Shown here: piece after piece, positions 1 through 7,908 of the stretch | How the letters are laid out: each line of letters starts with the position of its first letter | Numbering within the stretch: the first letter of the stretch is position 1 | IMG/VR virus record: IMGVR_UViG_3300033067_000504 | Coordinates: 1 to 31,202 of that record | Source: a virus | Lineage: Duplodnaviria > Heunggongvirae > Uroviricota > Caudoviricetes | DNA length: 31,202 nt | Direction: 5' to 3' (one strand) | Notes under the pieces: model-generated | Databases searched by the model: none | What the model was told of the DNA's origin: nothing | Seen by the model: only the letters and a program-made list of their open reading frames with translations | Program-made: the position numbers and the translations under genes

Positions 1-1
1 T

Positions 2-121
2 GCTGCTGCTGATGCTGCTGCTGCTTATGCTGCTGCTGATGCTCGGAGAAAAGCAAGAGAAGAAAACCAACAAATGACAGCCGATATAGTCCGCGCCACA
101 ATTAACCCCACCTGGATATGA
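2..121 (+). CDS. 3' end of an Ala-rich repeat protein (partial, 5'-truncated)
   Basis: Frame 2 reads AAADAAAAYAAADARRKAREENQQMTADIVRATINPTWI-stop. The GCT/GAT/TAT repeats are typical of phage AAYAAADA-repeat proteins; the TGA overlaps the ATG at 118. Confidence 0.8.
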   Translation, partial: AAADAAAAYAAADARRKAREENQQMTADIVRATINPTWI

Positions 122-468
122 ACCCAACAAAAGAAGAACTGGACGAGGCGATTGCATTTCTGAAAGATGGATTTCGTCAAGATGCCAGCATGATAAAAAC
201 AGCCCTCACCATCCTCACCCGTTACAGGGACGGAGAGCTGGTGGAGAAAGACCGATGGATAAGCGTTAAAGACAGGTTGCCGGAATTAGGCGAGGAGTTC
301 AATGTTATTGTTGATCTGAATGACGGAATGGAACCACTTGCCTCATGCGCTGACTGGAATGCTTTGAAAAAAGAATGGTTTTACATCGGTACCGAAATGA
401 AAATGACCGGAGTCACCCACTGGCAACCGTTACCGACCCCACCAACTAACCAAACAGAGAAGTCATGA
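118..468 (+). CDS. DUF551-like phage protein
   Basis: WISVKDRLPE ... VTHWQPLPTPP signature. Confidence 0.8.
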   Translation: MNPTKEELDEAIAFLKDGFRQDASMIKTALTILTRYRDGELVEKDRWISVKDRLPELGEEFNVIVDLNDGMEPLASCADWNALKKEWFYIGTEMKMTGVTHWQPLPTPPTNQTEKS

Positions 469-689
469 AAACCATAACGATACCGGAATACATTTTTGAT
501 AATCTTGCTGAGTCTATTCGACTAACTTGTAACATACACGCCTGCCGAAAAAGAGAAACAGCCTACGATAGACAGGTCGAGTATTCGGAGCGATTGACTA
601 AATGGATAAAGGAAGGACAAATTGGCGATCCTCCATTATACGTGGCTGGCAGTCTATCCACCGTCCTACGCATTAAAGACAAACAATAA
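465..689 (+). CDS. hypothetical protein
   Basis: 74 aa ORF with ATGA overlap to the previous gene. Confidence 0.65.
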   Translation: MKTITIPEYIFDNLAESIRLTCNIHACRKRETAYDRQVEYSERLTKWIKEGQIGDPPLYVAGSLSTVLRIKDKQ

Positions 690-701
690 ACCAAACGACC
701 T

Positions 702-1121
702 ATGGAAATTGAACAAAAAGAGAGGGAGAGGATTGAGGCTGATATTGATGCTTACATAAAAGATTTATGGCATGATGTCAATTCTCCAAATAAAAATTCT
801 CCAAAAATTGTCGAGGCAATAACGCATTTCAGGTCCGGTAAACAATCCGAACACCTGCACCTTCAAAAGGAAGTCATTCAGCCGTTGAGGAAACAGTACA
901 ATGACTTGGGTGTAAAGTTTGACAAAGAGGTTGAACGATGGCATGAGCGTGACGAAAAGGAAAGGGAAATTCGTTATAAACTCGAAGCGAAGAACAAGGC
1001 TTTGATGGAGGCGGCTAAAACACTGAGGGCATGGTTAGACCCTGATGTAGATGAATCCGAAAACAAAACTTTTCTTGATGACATTGCAAGAATCGACCAA
1101 CTACTAAAAAATGAGGGCTAA
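702..1121 (+). CDS. hypothetical protein (coiled-coil rich)
   Basis: 139 aa ORF, A-rich leader, helical E/K/R-rich composition. Confidence 0.7.
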   Translation: MEIEQKERERIEADIDAYIKDLWHDVNSPNKNSPKIVEAITHFRSGKQSEHLHLQKEVIQPLRKQYNDLGVKFDKEVERWHERDEKEREIRYKLEAKNKALMEAAKTLRAWLDPDVDESENKTFLDDIARIDQLLKNEG

Positions 1122-1126
1122 CAGAC

Positions 1127-1261
1127 ATGGGAAAGACTAAGGAACAAGTGAGAATAGATGGCAAGCCGGTATTCAATGCGGTGCTGTACGAATCTATGCG
1201 TAAGGCCGCGCTTGATTCGGTAGATTTATACCCTATCAATCATGGGTTCTTGGCATATTGA
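1127..1261 (+). CDS. small hypothetical protein (44 aa, not in the ORF track)
   Basis: MGKTKEQVRIDGKPVFNAVLYESMRKAALDSVDLYPINHGFLAY-stop; fills the gap between two + strand genes. Confidence 0.5.
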   Translation: MGKTKEQVRIDGKPVFNAVLYESMRKAALDSVDLYPINHGFLAY

Positions 1262-1292
1262 TCTAAGCGTTATACCACCTAAACTGTAATTT

Positions 1293-1532
1293 ATGGGAAA
1301 GACTGAAAGGAAGGAGCGAATTAAGATGCCACGCGATAGCAATGGTGAGTGGTTTAACAAGCTAAATATTCTCGCTCAACACTACGGACTTAAACCCAAT
1401 CGCGTTAGGTCGCTTACGATTGACCTAATGGACCACCAAAACTGGACAGCAGTAACAAGGGCCAGAAAAGTAATTGATACTGAATACCGAAAAGCCCTAC
1501 ACCTGACTCGGCCCCCGTATTCCAGAGTATAA
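1293..1532 (+). CDS. hypothetical protein
   Basis: 79 aa ORF; last gene of the GC-richer block. Confidence 0.6.
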   Translation: MGKTERKERIKMPRDSNGEWFNKLNILAQHYGLKPNRVRSLTIDLMDHQNWTAVTRARKVIDTEYRKALHLTRPPYSRV

Positions 1533-1543
1533 ACCTAAAAAAA

Positions 1544-1654
1544 ATGAAAACTAAATTATTAATCATGTGTATATCAATATTGCTTTTATCATGTAATCAA
1601 AAGTTATATGATGGTACACATAAAAGAATACCTAATCAAAAAGTAGGACATTAA
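1544..1654 (+). CDS. micro-lipoprotein (36 aa, not in the ORF track)
   Basis: MKTKLLIMCISILLLSC-NQKLYDGTHKRIPNQKVGH: basic N-terminus, hydrophobic core, LLSC lipobox; A-run leader. Confidence 0.6.
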   Translation: MKTKLLIMCISILLLSCNQKLYDGTHKRIPNQKVGH

Positions 1655-1665
1655 AACAAAAAACA

Positions 1666-1971
1666 ATGACACAAATTTCTAATAGAATTGAAAGAAGGTG
1701 TAGTAATCCAAGCTGTAAAAAAGAGTTAAAATCTTGGGAAGCAGTTCAATGTACATCTTGTAAAGACTCATTTAATGTTGAGGGCTTTGAAAAAGCAATA
1801 AATGAAAATGCAAAATCATATACAAATTATTTGGCTAACCAGGAGGCAAGATCACAAAGTGGAGCACCCACAAATCATGCAACTGGACAACCCAAACCAC
1901 CCGAAAATAAAAGAGTTCCTACAGCGCAAGAGTGGTACGACGAGATGTACAACGGGATCGGAGCTGATTAG
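1666..1971 (+). CDS. hypothetical protein with Cys4 zinc-ribbon-like N-terminus
   Basis: CSNPSC ... CTSC, A-rich leader (aaaaaaca ATG), genome-typical A/T-ending codons; overlaps the polA ORF. Confidence 0.65.
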   Translation: MTQISNRIERRCSNPSCKKELKSWEAVQCTSCKDSFNVEGFEKAINENAKSYTNYLANQEARSQSGAPTNHATGQPKPPENKRVPTAQEWYDEMYNGIGAD

Positions 1972-4015
1972 GTTTGGTCACGATATAGAAAATAGAATAA
2001 GTTTTCCTTGTAAGGAGGCATTACTTCTCTCTTCATTTTGTAATGAGGATGGTGATATTCTAACAATAGATAATACATCAGTTAACAATAATGAGGTATT
2101 TGATGAGCAATTACTTAAGAGATGTTGGTTTATTGCTCATAATGCAGACCATGAAAAGCGTTGGGGAATTGCTACCAACTTTAATCCAATGCGATATGGT
2201 TGTACTATGGTTAATAGTAGAAGGCTTGTTGCTGGAGAAGATGGTTGGAGGAATGATCTCATTTCTGCAATAGTCAGGTATTTGGGGTTTGACGCTATAC
2301 CTGAGTGGATGAATAAAGATGTTAGAAATACTTTTGAGAATTGCAATTACTTTGTAACTGATCAAATTCTTTATAATGCTGCAGATACAATAAGATTACT
2401 TGCTTTGTATGACAAGCAAATGGAAGTAGCAGCCACACAAGGAAGAGTATTTGAACTTAATTCTCTACGTGGAAGATTAATTAGTGAGTTAGCATCTACA
2501 GAAATGTTAGGTATAGCTCATAACAAAGACAAATGGCTTGAAGTAGCCAATAATAGACAAATAAAAGCAGATAGAATATGTCAGGAACTAAACGAGTTAG
2601 TAAAAAATCAGTATCAGGTAGATCTGTCACTGGTAAACCCAGAGCTAAAAAAGAAACAAGAAAGCCTGGAAAAAAGACTACAAAAGCAAAATCTACGGTT
2701 AGAAAAATTACTCTTGCAACTGAAGAGGCTGGAAGAAGCTTCCAAAACTCATCTCAAGAGCTATCAACTAACCAAAACCCAAATAGACAAAATCACGAAT
2801 TCCCAGGAAACTCAAGAGGATTCCTTGGATACAGATTCTGGAATTAACTGGAGTAGTCCTAAACAGGTATTGACATTAATGAATATAGTTAATTGTCCTT
2901 TACCTGTAGGAAAAGATAAGAAAACAAAGAAAGATGTACCAAAAGTAAGTAAAGAAGCTAGAAATAGTTGGTTTACTAATCACAGTGATACACCTTTCTT
3001 TGATTTCATGACTAAGTTTGATAGCTACAAAAAGTTAATACACAATGTAAATTCTTTTGGAGCTAAATGGATAGACAAATATACTAACCCAGTAACAGGT
3101 AGAATACATACGTACTATAACCAGACTGGTACTACTACAGGTAGGTTTAGTTCTGGTGATAAAGCAAATGGTTATCCTAACATGCAACAAATACCTAAAG
3201 GTAAAGAGTATAGAGAATGTTTTGTTGCTGATCCAGGAAGGACTATTATTACAATAGACTTTAAGAATTGTGAGGGTATTATCATGATAGCTTTGTCTGG
3301 TGATTTAAACCTAAAAGCTATTACAGAATTAGAAGATAGTCACAGTTATTTAGGAACTAAATGCTGGAGAAATGTTTATAGACATAGGGGTAGTCCTTTA
3401 GCTGACACCTATGAAATGAATAAGTCTACTCCAGAAAAAGAGAAGGAAAGAGATATATTTAAGAACAGTGGTGGATTGTTTCCCGTTGCTTATGGAATAC
3501 ACGCTAGTAAAGTAGCAGCATCTGCAAAGGTATCTCTTGAAGAGGGACAAATCTTTATAGATACAATTAAAGCTGAAATACCAAAAGTAATATCTTTCTT
3601 AGATGGTAAATCAAGAGAGGCTGTGCAAACAGGATATGTGTTGCATAACTCTAGAACTAATTCAAGAAGAGGTTTTACTTCTGTACTTGATCACCTGCAT
3701 TATGGCTTTCCTCTGGATAAGTCTAATAAAGTAGAGGTTGAGATGGCAGCTAGAAATAGTCCTATACAAGGTTCAAATGCTGATATAATAGTTGAATCTA
3801 TTGTATCAGTAGCACTGTGGTCTAAATTATTTAAACAGGATGTAAGGTTGTTGTTACAGGTACATGATGAACTTGTGTATGACTGTAAGACAGAAGAGGC
3901 TGATTTTATTGCTGGTAAGATAGCTTCTATAATGAAAAGAACAGCACAAAAGTATTTAATCCCTGAAATATCAATGGGTGTTTCAGTACAAACAGGAGGA
4001 ACGTGGAAGAAGTAA
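1802..4015 (+). CDS. polA: family A DNA polymerase with 3'-5' exonuclease domain (start uncertain: 1802, 1877 or later)
   Basis: ExoI DIE, ExoII HNADHE, ExoIII YNAAD, TTTGRFSS..PNMQQIP, motif A DFKNCE, motif B RDIFK...F...YG, NSPIQGSNAD, motif C QVHDEL. Confidence 0.93.
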   Translation: MKMQNHIQIIWLTRRQDHKVEHPQIMQLDNPNHPKIKEFLQRKSGTTRCTTGSELIRFGHDIENRISFPCKEALLLSSFCNEDGDILTIDNTSVNNNEVFDEQLLKRCWFIAHNADHEKRWGIATNFNPMRYGCTMVNSRRLVAGEDGWRNDLISAIVRYLGFDAIPEWMNKDVRNTFENCNYFVTDQILYNAADTIRLLALYDKQMEVAATQGRVFELNSLRGRLISELASTEMLGIAHNKDKWLEVANNRQIKADRICQELNELVKNQYQVDLSLVNPELKKKQESLEKRLQKQNLRLEKLLLQLKRLEEASKTHLKSYQLTKTQIDKITNSQETQEDSLDTDSGINWSSPKQVLTLMNIVNCPLPVGKDKKTKKDVPKVSKEARNSWFTNHSDTPFFDFMTKFDSYKKLIHNVNSFGAKWIDKYTNPVTGRIHTYYNQTGTTTGRFSSGDKANGYPNMQQIPKGKEYRECFVADPGRTIITIDFKNCEGIIMIALSGDLNLKAITELEDSHSYLGTKCWRNVYRHRGSPLADTYEMNKSTPEKEKERDIFKNSGGLFPVAYGIHASKVAASAKVSLEEGQIFIDTIKAEIPKVISFLDGKSREAVQTGYVLHNSRTNSRRGFTSVLDHLHYGFPLDKSNKVEVEMAARNSPIQGSNADIIVESIVSVALWSKLFKQDVRLLLQVHDELVYDCKTEEADFIAGKIASIMKRTAQKYLIPEISMGVSVQTGGTWKK
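2578..2847 (+). CDS. candidate overprinted Lys/Ser/Thr-rich small protein in the -1 frame inside polA
   Basis: 89 aa ORF with genome-typical codon bias, while polA codons over the same span are atypically G/C-ending; the ATG has an AT-rich leader. Confidence 0.5.
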   Translation: MSGTKRVSKKSVSGRSVTGKPRAKKETRKPGKKTTKAKSTVRKITLATEEAGRSFQNSSQELSTNQNPNRQNHEFPGNSRGFLGYRFWN

Positions 4016-4341
4016 AAGAATTTAATGGCTACCAAAAGGAAGCTATGAAAAATAAGATATATGGTTATGGAGACAAAATCATATATCCTGTGTTAGGTCT
4101 TGGTAATGAGGCTGGTGAAGTGCAGGGGAAAGTAAAAAAAGTACTACGAGATAATGGTGGTAACTTTGATGGAGTATCTAGAAATGCTATTGCTGATGAA
4201 CTTGGTGATGTATTATGGTACTTAGCTGCTACAGCTGAAGATCTTGGATTTACTTTGCAAGAAATTGCAGAGATAAATATTAAGAAACTAACAGATCGTA
4301 GGATGCGTGGAGTTATACAAGGTTCAGGAGACAAGAGATGA
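4003..4341 (+). CDS. MazG-like nucleotide pyrophosphohydrolase
   Basis: LGLGNEAGEVQGKVKK ... ADELGDVLWY (ExxE/ExxD); GTG start preceded by AGGAGGA. Confidence 0.9.
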   Translation: MEEVKEFNGYQKEAMKNKIYGYGDKIIYPVLGLGNEAGEVQGKVKKVLRDNGGNFDGVSRNAIADELGDVLWYLAATAEDLGFTLQEIAEINIKKLTDRRMRGVIQGSGDKR

Positions 4342-4538
4342 ATACTATAGAGCTAGCAGGATTTGCTTCATGGTTAGCAGAAAAAGGGGCTAAAAGTATC
4401 TATAGTGGTCCATATGCATTATGGACAATACCAGATGCTAAAGATAGACCACTAATCTACAACACTGAGCAACTAGCTGAAATGTTTGTAAAGGATGTAG
4501 CTGATGGACAGACGAGAATCAATACAACAAGAAGCTAA
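4338..4538 (+). CDS. hypothetical protein
   Basis: 66 aa ORF, ATGA-coupled to the MazG gene. Confidence 0.6.
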   Translation: MNTIELAGFASWLAEKGAKSIYSGPYALWTIPDAKDRPLIYNTEQLAEMFVKDVADGQTRINTTRS

Positions 4539-5775
4539 AACAGCTTATCTTAATTCTAATGGAACAGCTTCCACAATTATTGTAGGAACTGGTGGTGGAA
4601 AGTCTAAGATAGCTATTGACATAATAAAAGAATTAAAACCAAATACGATACTATTACTCTCTAACTCTGAGAATCTGAGAGATAATAACTGGAAAGCTGA
4701 ATTTGAAAAGTTTGGATTGGGATCTGTGTGGGAGTCTAATGTGACTTCAGAGTGTTATCAAACTGTCCATAGATGGAATGATAAGTACTTTGATCTGGTT
4801 ATTGCAGATGAAATAGACTTTTCATTAAGTCCAGTTTATAGTAAATTCTTTGAGAATAACAGTTGGGGTAAGTTATTAGGACTTACTGGCTTCTGTACAG
4901 AAGAGAAGAGAGTATTACTTAGTTTTGTAGCACCTATTTGCTATGAAGTAAGTACGCAAGAAATGCAAGAACAGGGATTACTAAACAAATCTAAATTCAT
5001 ATTTGTAGAATTTGATCTGGATATATCTCGTAATATAAAAGTACCAATGAAGAAAGGTGGTGAGTTTTTGTCATCAGAAAATGACTTGTATAAGTATTAT
5101 GATGCACAACTAACTCAGGCTATGATAAGTAAATCAAATGCAGAAAGAGCATTTGCCTTAATGCCAACACCAGAGAATAATAAGAAATTTACATCTGCAG
5201 AGTTCAGATTTAAAATGATGGCTGCAAAGCGTAAATCTATTCTTAATAATCTTGATTCTTCTATAAAAGTGACACAAACAATATTAAATCATATAAATAG
5301 TAAACCCAATAATAAAACATTGGTGTTTAGTGCTTTGGTAAAACAAGGGGCTAAATTAAATCAACCAATGTATTCTGGTGATGCTGATATATCAGTACTT
5401 AAAAAGTTTGATGAATCAGAATCAGGAGTATTGTGTGTTTGCAAGAAGTTAAATAGAGGAGTTAACCTACAAGGTGTAAATTATTTAATCAAGGAATCAT
5501 TTGATGGTAGTGAGACAGACTTCCAACAACAGCACGGAAGATTAATGAGGTTAAAACCTGATGAAGTAGCTAAAATTATTGTGCTAGTTCCTTACTACAA
5601 AGCATTAGTAAAAACTGAATCTAAAGATTTATTCGGTGGAACAGTAGTTACTACTAAAATGCAAAGAATGCCTACACAAGCAAGAAAGTGGGCTGAAAGA
5701 ATGATGGCTAGCTTTGATAATATTAGCGGTGAAACAGTTACAGTTTCAAGGGATTATAAAACTATAACTAAATAA
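4504..5775 (+). CDS. superfamily 2 helicase
   Basis: Motif I GTGGGKS, II IADEID, III LGLTG, V LNRGVNL, VI QQHGRLMR. Confidence 0.9.
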   Translation: MDRRESIQQEAKTAYLNSNGTASTIIVGTGGGKSKIAIDIIKELKPNTILLLSNSENLRDNNWKAEFEKFGLGSVWESNVTSECYQTVHRWNDKYFDLVIADEIDFSLSPVYSKFFENNSWGKLLGLTGFCTEEKRVLLSFVAPICYEVSTQEMQEQGLLNKSKFIFVEFDLDISRNIKVPMKKGGEFLSSENDLYKYYDAQLTQAMISKSNAERAFALMPTPENNKKFTSAEFRFKMMAAKRKSILNNLDSSIKVTQTILNHINSKPNNKTLVFSALVKQGAKLNQPMYSGDADISVLKKFDESESGVLCVCKKLNRGVNLQGVNYLIKESFDGSETDFQQQHGRLMRLKPDEVAKIIVLVPYYKALVKTESKDLFGGTVVTTKMQRMPTQARKWAERMMASFDNISGETVTVSRDYKTITK

Positions 5776-5782
5776 TGAACAG

Positions 5783-6313
5783 ATGACATTAAAGGATTCA
5801 ATTGAATTCCTTGTAAATAACAACTATCTTGTAGTATTAGAGGGTGATGTAAGAATAACTAGCAAGTTATACAAAGCTTTATCAATAAAGAAGGTAGTTG
5901 AAGAGCCTGTAATGACTGTAGCACATGCTACTGAACTTATTAAAACTCCATCAGAGGTCGTTAAAAGTATTAAATCAGTAAAGAAACTAACTGATGCTGA
6001 GCTAAGAGCTGTGTGGAATAAGTTTGTAGAAGATACAGGAATACCTTGGAAGGTAACTACACCACAAGGTGCTGTGTATACAATAAGACACTTTGGACCA
6101 ACAGCTGCAGCCCATCTACATAAGGTAATAAGTAGTACTGATGTAGATTATAACACTTTAGTTGAGGCAACAAAGAGTTACTACAGGAATGTAACTTACA
6201 AGGCTGTACTTTCTAATTATATCATTAAAGATATTTGGAAAGATGCTTACAATGATTACTTAACAAATCATGGTAAGATAGATATGGGTAGTGAAAATAG
6301 ATTTGAGGATTAA
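5783..6313 (+). CDS. hypothetical protein (possible replication initiator or helicase partner)
   Basis: 176 aa ORF between two helicases, coupled to the DnaB-like gene; function inferred from position only. Confidence 0.6.
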   Translation: MTLKDSIEFLVNNNYLVVLEGDVRITSKLYKALSIKKVVEEPVMTVAHATELIKTPSEVVKSIKSVKKLTDAELRAVWNKFVEDTGIPWKVTTPQGAVYTIRHFGPTAAAHLHKVISSTDVDYNTLVEATKSYYRNVTYKAVLSNYIIKDIWKDAYNDYLTNHGKIDMGSENRFED

Positions 6314-7368
6314 TGAGTATAGTAAGAAGAACTCTTGACTTGGTAAATGATGGTATGTCGAGTCGAGTACTTGCTATACCAACAGGAATACCTAAGTACG
6401 ATGAGTATGTGTTTGGAACAAGGCAAGGTACTTATTATCTGTATGGTGGTGAAACTGGTACAGGTAAAACTACTTTTGTTAGGGAAAAGCATATGCATAT
6501 TCCTTATGAATTTTATAAACAAGTAAACGACATCAATAAACTGGATGTGCAGTTCGTAGACTTCAGCCTGGAAATAACTCCAGAAATAAATATGGCTGCT
6601 GCTATGACTAGAAAGTTATGGATGGAGTATGATAAAATATTACCTGTAAATAAACTATTAGGTTGGGATAGGTCTAGTGGATCACCAAGTGAGGCTGATC
6701 TTCAAATACTACACAGCTATGTAGAGTACTTTGAAGATTTTGAAAGGAAACTAGTTGTGGTGGATGAGGATCTAACACCAATAAAATTTCATGATACTCT
6801 TATGGAGGTAGTGAAAAGACATGGCAGGTTTACAAGGGAAGCAAGATATATTAGTGAATGTGGTACTTACATTCCCAATAATCGTGCGTTATTCCTAATA
6901 GTATTACTTGATACTGTCAACCTTGCTGAGGGTGATGATGTAATTAAGATAATTATTGACAAGATCTCAAGAATAGCTGTATGGTATAGAAATAAGTGTA
7001 ATATCACATTTATCAATCTTCAACAGTTTAATGCTGAAATATCAGCTGTAGATCGTTCCAGATATGGAATAACTACACCATTATTGAGAGATTTTGAAGA
7101 TAGTAAGAGAACAGTTAAAGATGCAAATGTGGTTTGGGGTTTATACGATCCTCAAAGACACATGAAAGAAGGTAGTGATTTATTCAAGGGTTATGATATA
7201 ACAATGTTAAAATCCTGGTTTAAGTCTATTCATTTATTGAAAAATCGTAATGGAGAAACCAACAAATTTGTACCATTAAAGTTTGATGGTGCTGTGGGAA
7301 CGTTTGAACAACTACCAGACGCCATGAATATGACTCCAGAAGAATACATAAACGCCACAAGGCATTAA
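6313..7368 (+). CDS. DnaB-like (SF4) replicative helicase
   Basis: IPTGIPKYD, Walker A GGETGTGKT, FSLEI, LLDTVNL, LQQFNAE, DFEDS...DANVV, KNRNG arginine finger. Confidence 0.88.
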   Translation: MSIVRRTLDLVNDGMSSRVLAIPTGIPKYDEYVFGTRQGTYYLYGGETGTGKTTFVREKHMHIPYEFYKQVNDINKLDVQFVDFSLEITPEINMAAAMTRKLWMEYDKILPVNKLLGWDRSSGSPSEADLQILHSYVEYFEDFERKLVVVDEDLTPIKFHDTLMEVVKRHGRFTREARYISECGTYIPNNRALFLIVLLDTVNLAEGDDVIKIIIDKISRIAVWYRNKCNITFINLQQFNAEISAVDRSRYGITTPLLRDFEDSKRTVKDANVVWGLYDPQRHMKEGSDLFKGYDITMLKSWFKSIHLLKNRNGETNKFVPLKFDGAVGTFEQLPDAMNMTPEEYINATRH

Positions 7369-7379
7369 AATATTAAACA

Positions 7380-7415
7380 ATGTGTTTATCTAAAAGAATG
7401 TGTTTATCTAAAAGA
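7380..7415 (+). repeat. exact 18-nt tandem duplication
   Basis: ATGTGTTTATCTAAAAGA x2, encoding MCLSKR twice. Confidence 0.95.
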
Positions 7416-7907
7416 AATATAGGCAACCTTGCAGCAGCAGATAAGTATGAATTGGGTAAAGCTTTGTTACCTGTTGTTACAGAAGTATCATCTTTACCTA
7501 CTAAATGTTATAAAATATTTATTAAGAGTAAAGAAGGTTATAGAACTCCATATAAAAAGTATTTATGGTCTATAACTGGACAAGAAAGTGTAAAAAACTT
7601 TACTTGTTATAGTAATACTTTTTCTTACAACACAAATAATGGTATTAACTATTTTACTGCACATATTAATGTTGAGCAAGGATTACATGCTTATGTAAGT
7701 AGACCAATTGCACAGCGTTCTGGTGATTGTCACTGGAATAATTTTGTTATTATAGAGATGACAATACCAGCTGGTACACCATTTATCCGTAACGATAGAG
7801 AAATCGTAGCATTAAAAATGATTGCTAAGTTTCCTAAGAGTAAAAAGAGAGTAGTTAAGAAAACTACTAAAAAGGTTGCAAAGAAAACAACTAAAAAGAA
7901 GAAATAA
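7380..7907 (+). CDS. hypothetical protein of an MCL/CYK/GxH/IPxG phage family, with Lys-rich tail
   Basis: MCL start, KCYK, GLHAY, IPAG; C-terminus KSKKRVVKKTTKKVAKKTTKKKK. Confidence 0.75.
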   Translation: MCLSKRMCLSKRNIGNLAAADKYELGKALLPVVTEVSSLPTKCYKIFIKSKEGYRTPYKKYLWSITGQESVKNFTCYSNTFSYNTNNGINYFTAHINVEQGLHAYVSRPIAQRSGDCHWNNFVIIEMTIPAGTPFIRNDREIVALKMIAKFPKSKKRVVKKTTKKVAKKTTKKKK

Positions 7908-7908
7908 T

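Noticed and set aside
1969-1971. Stop-codon reassignment (TAG to Gln, seen in some crAss-like phages)
   Set aside because: Long genes are intact in code 11, several genes end plausibly at TAG, and no suppressor tRNA is present.
2560-2850. Intein or intron in polA
   Set aside because: The insertion is short and coiled-coil, with no C/S start, HN end or LAGLIDADG/HNH motifs; the frame is uninterrupted.
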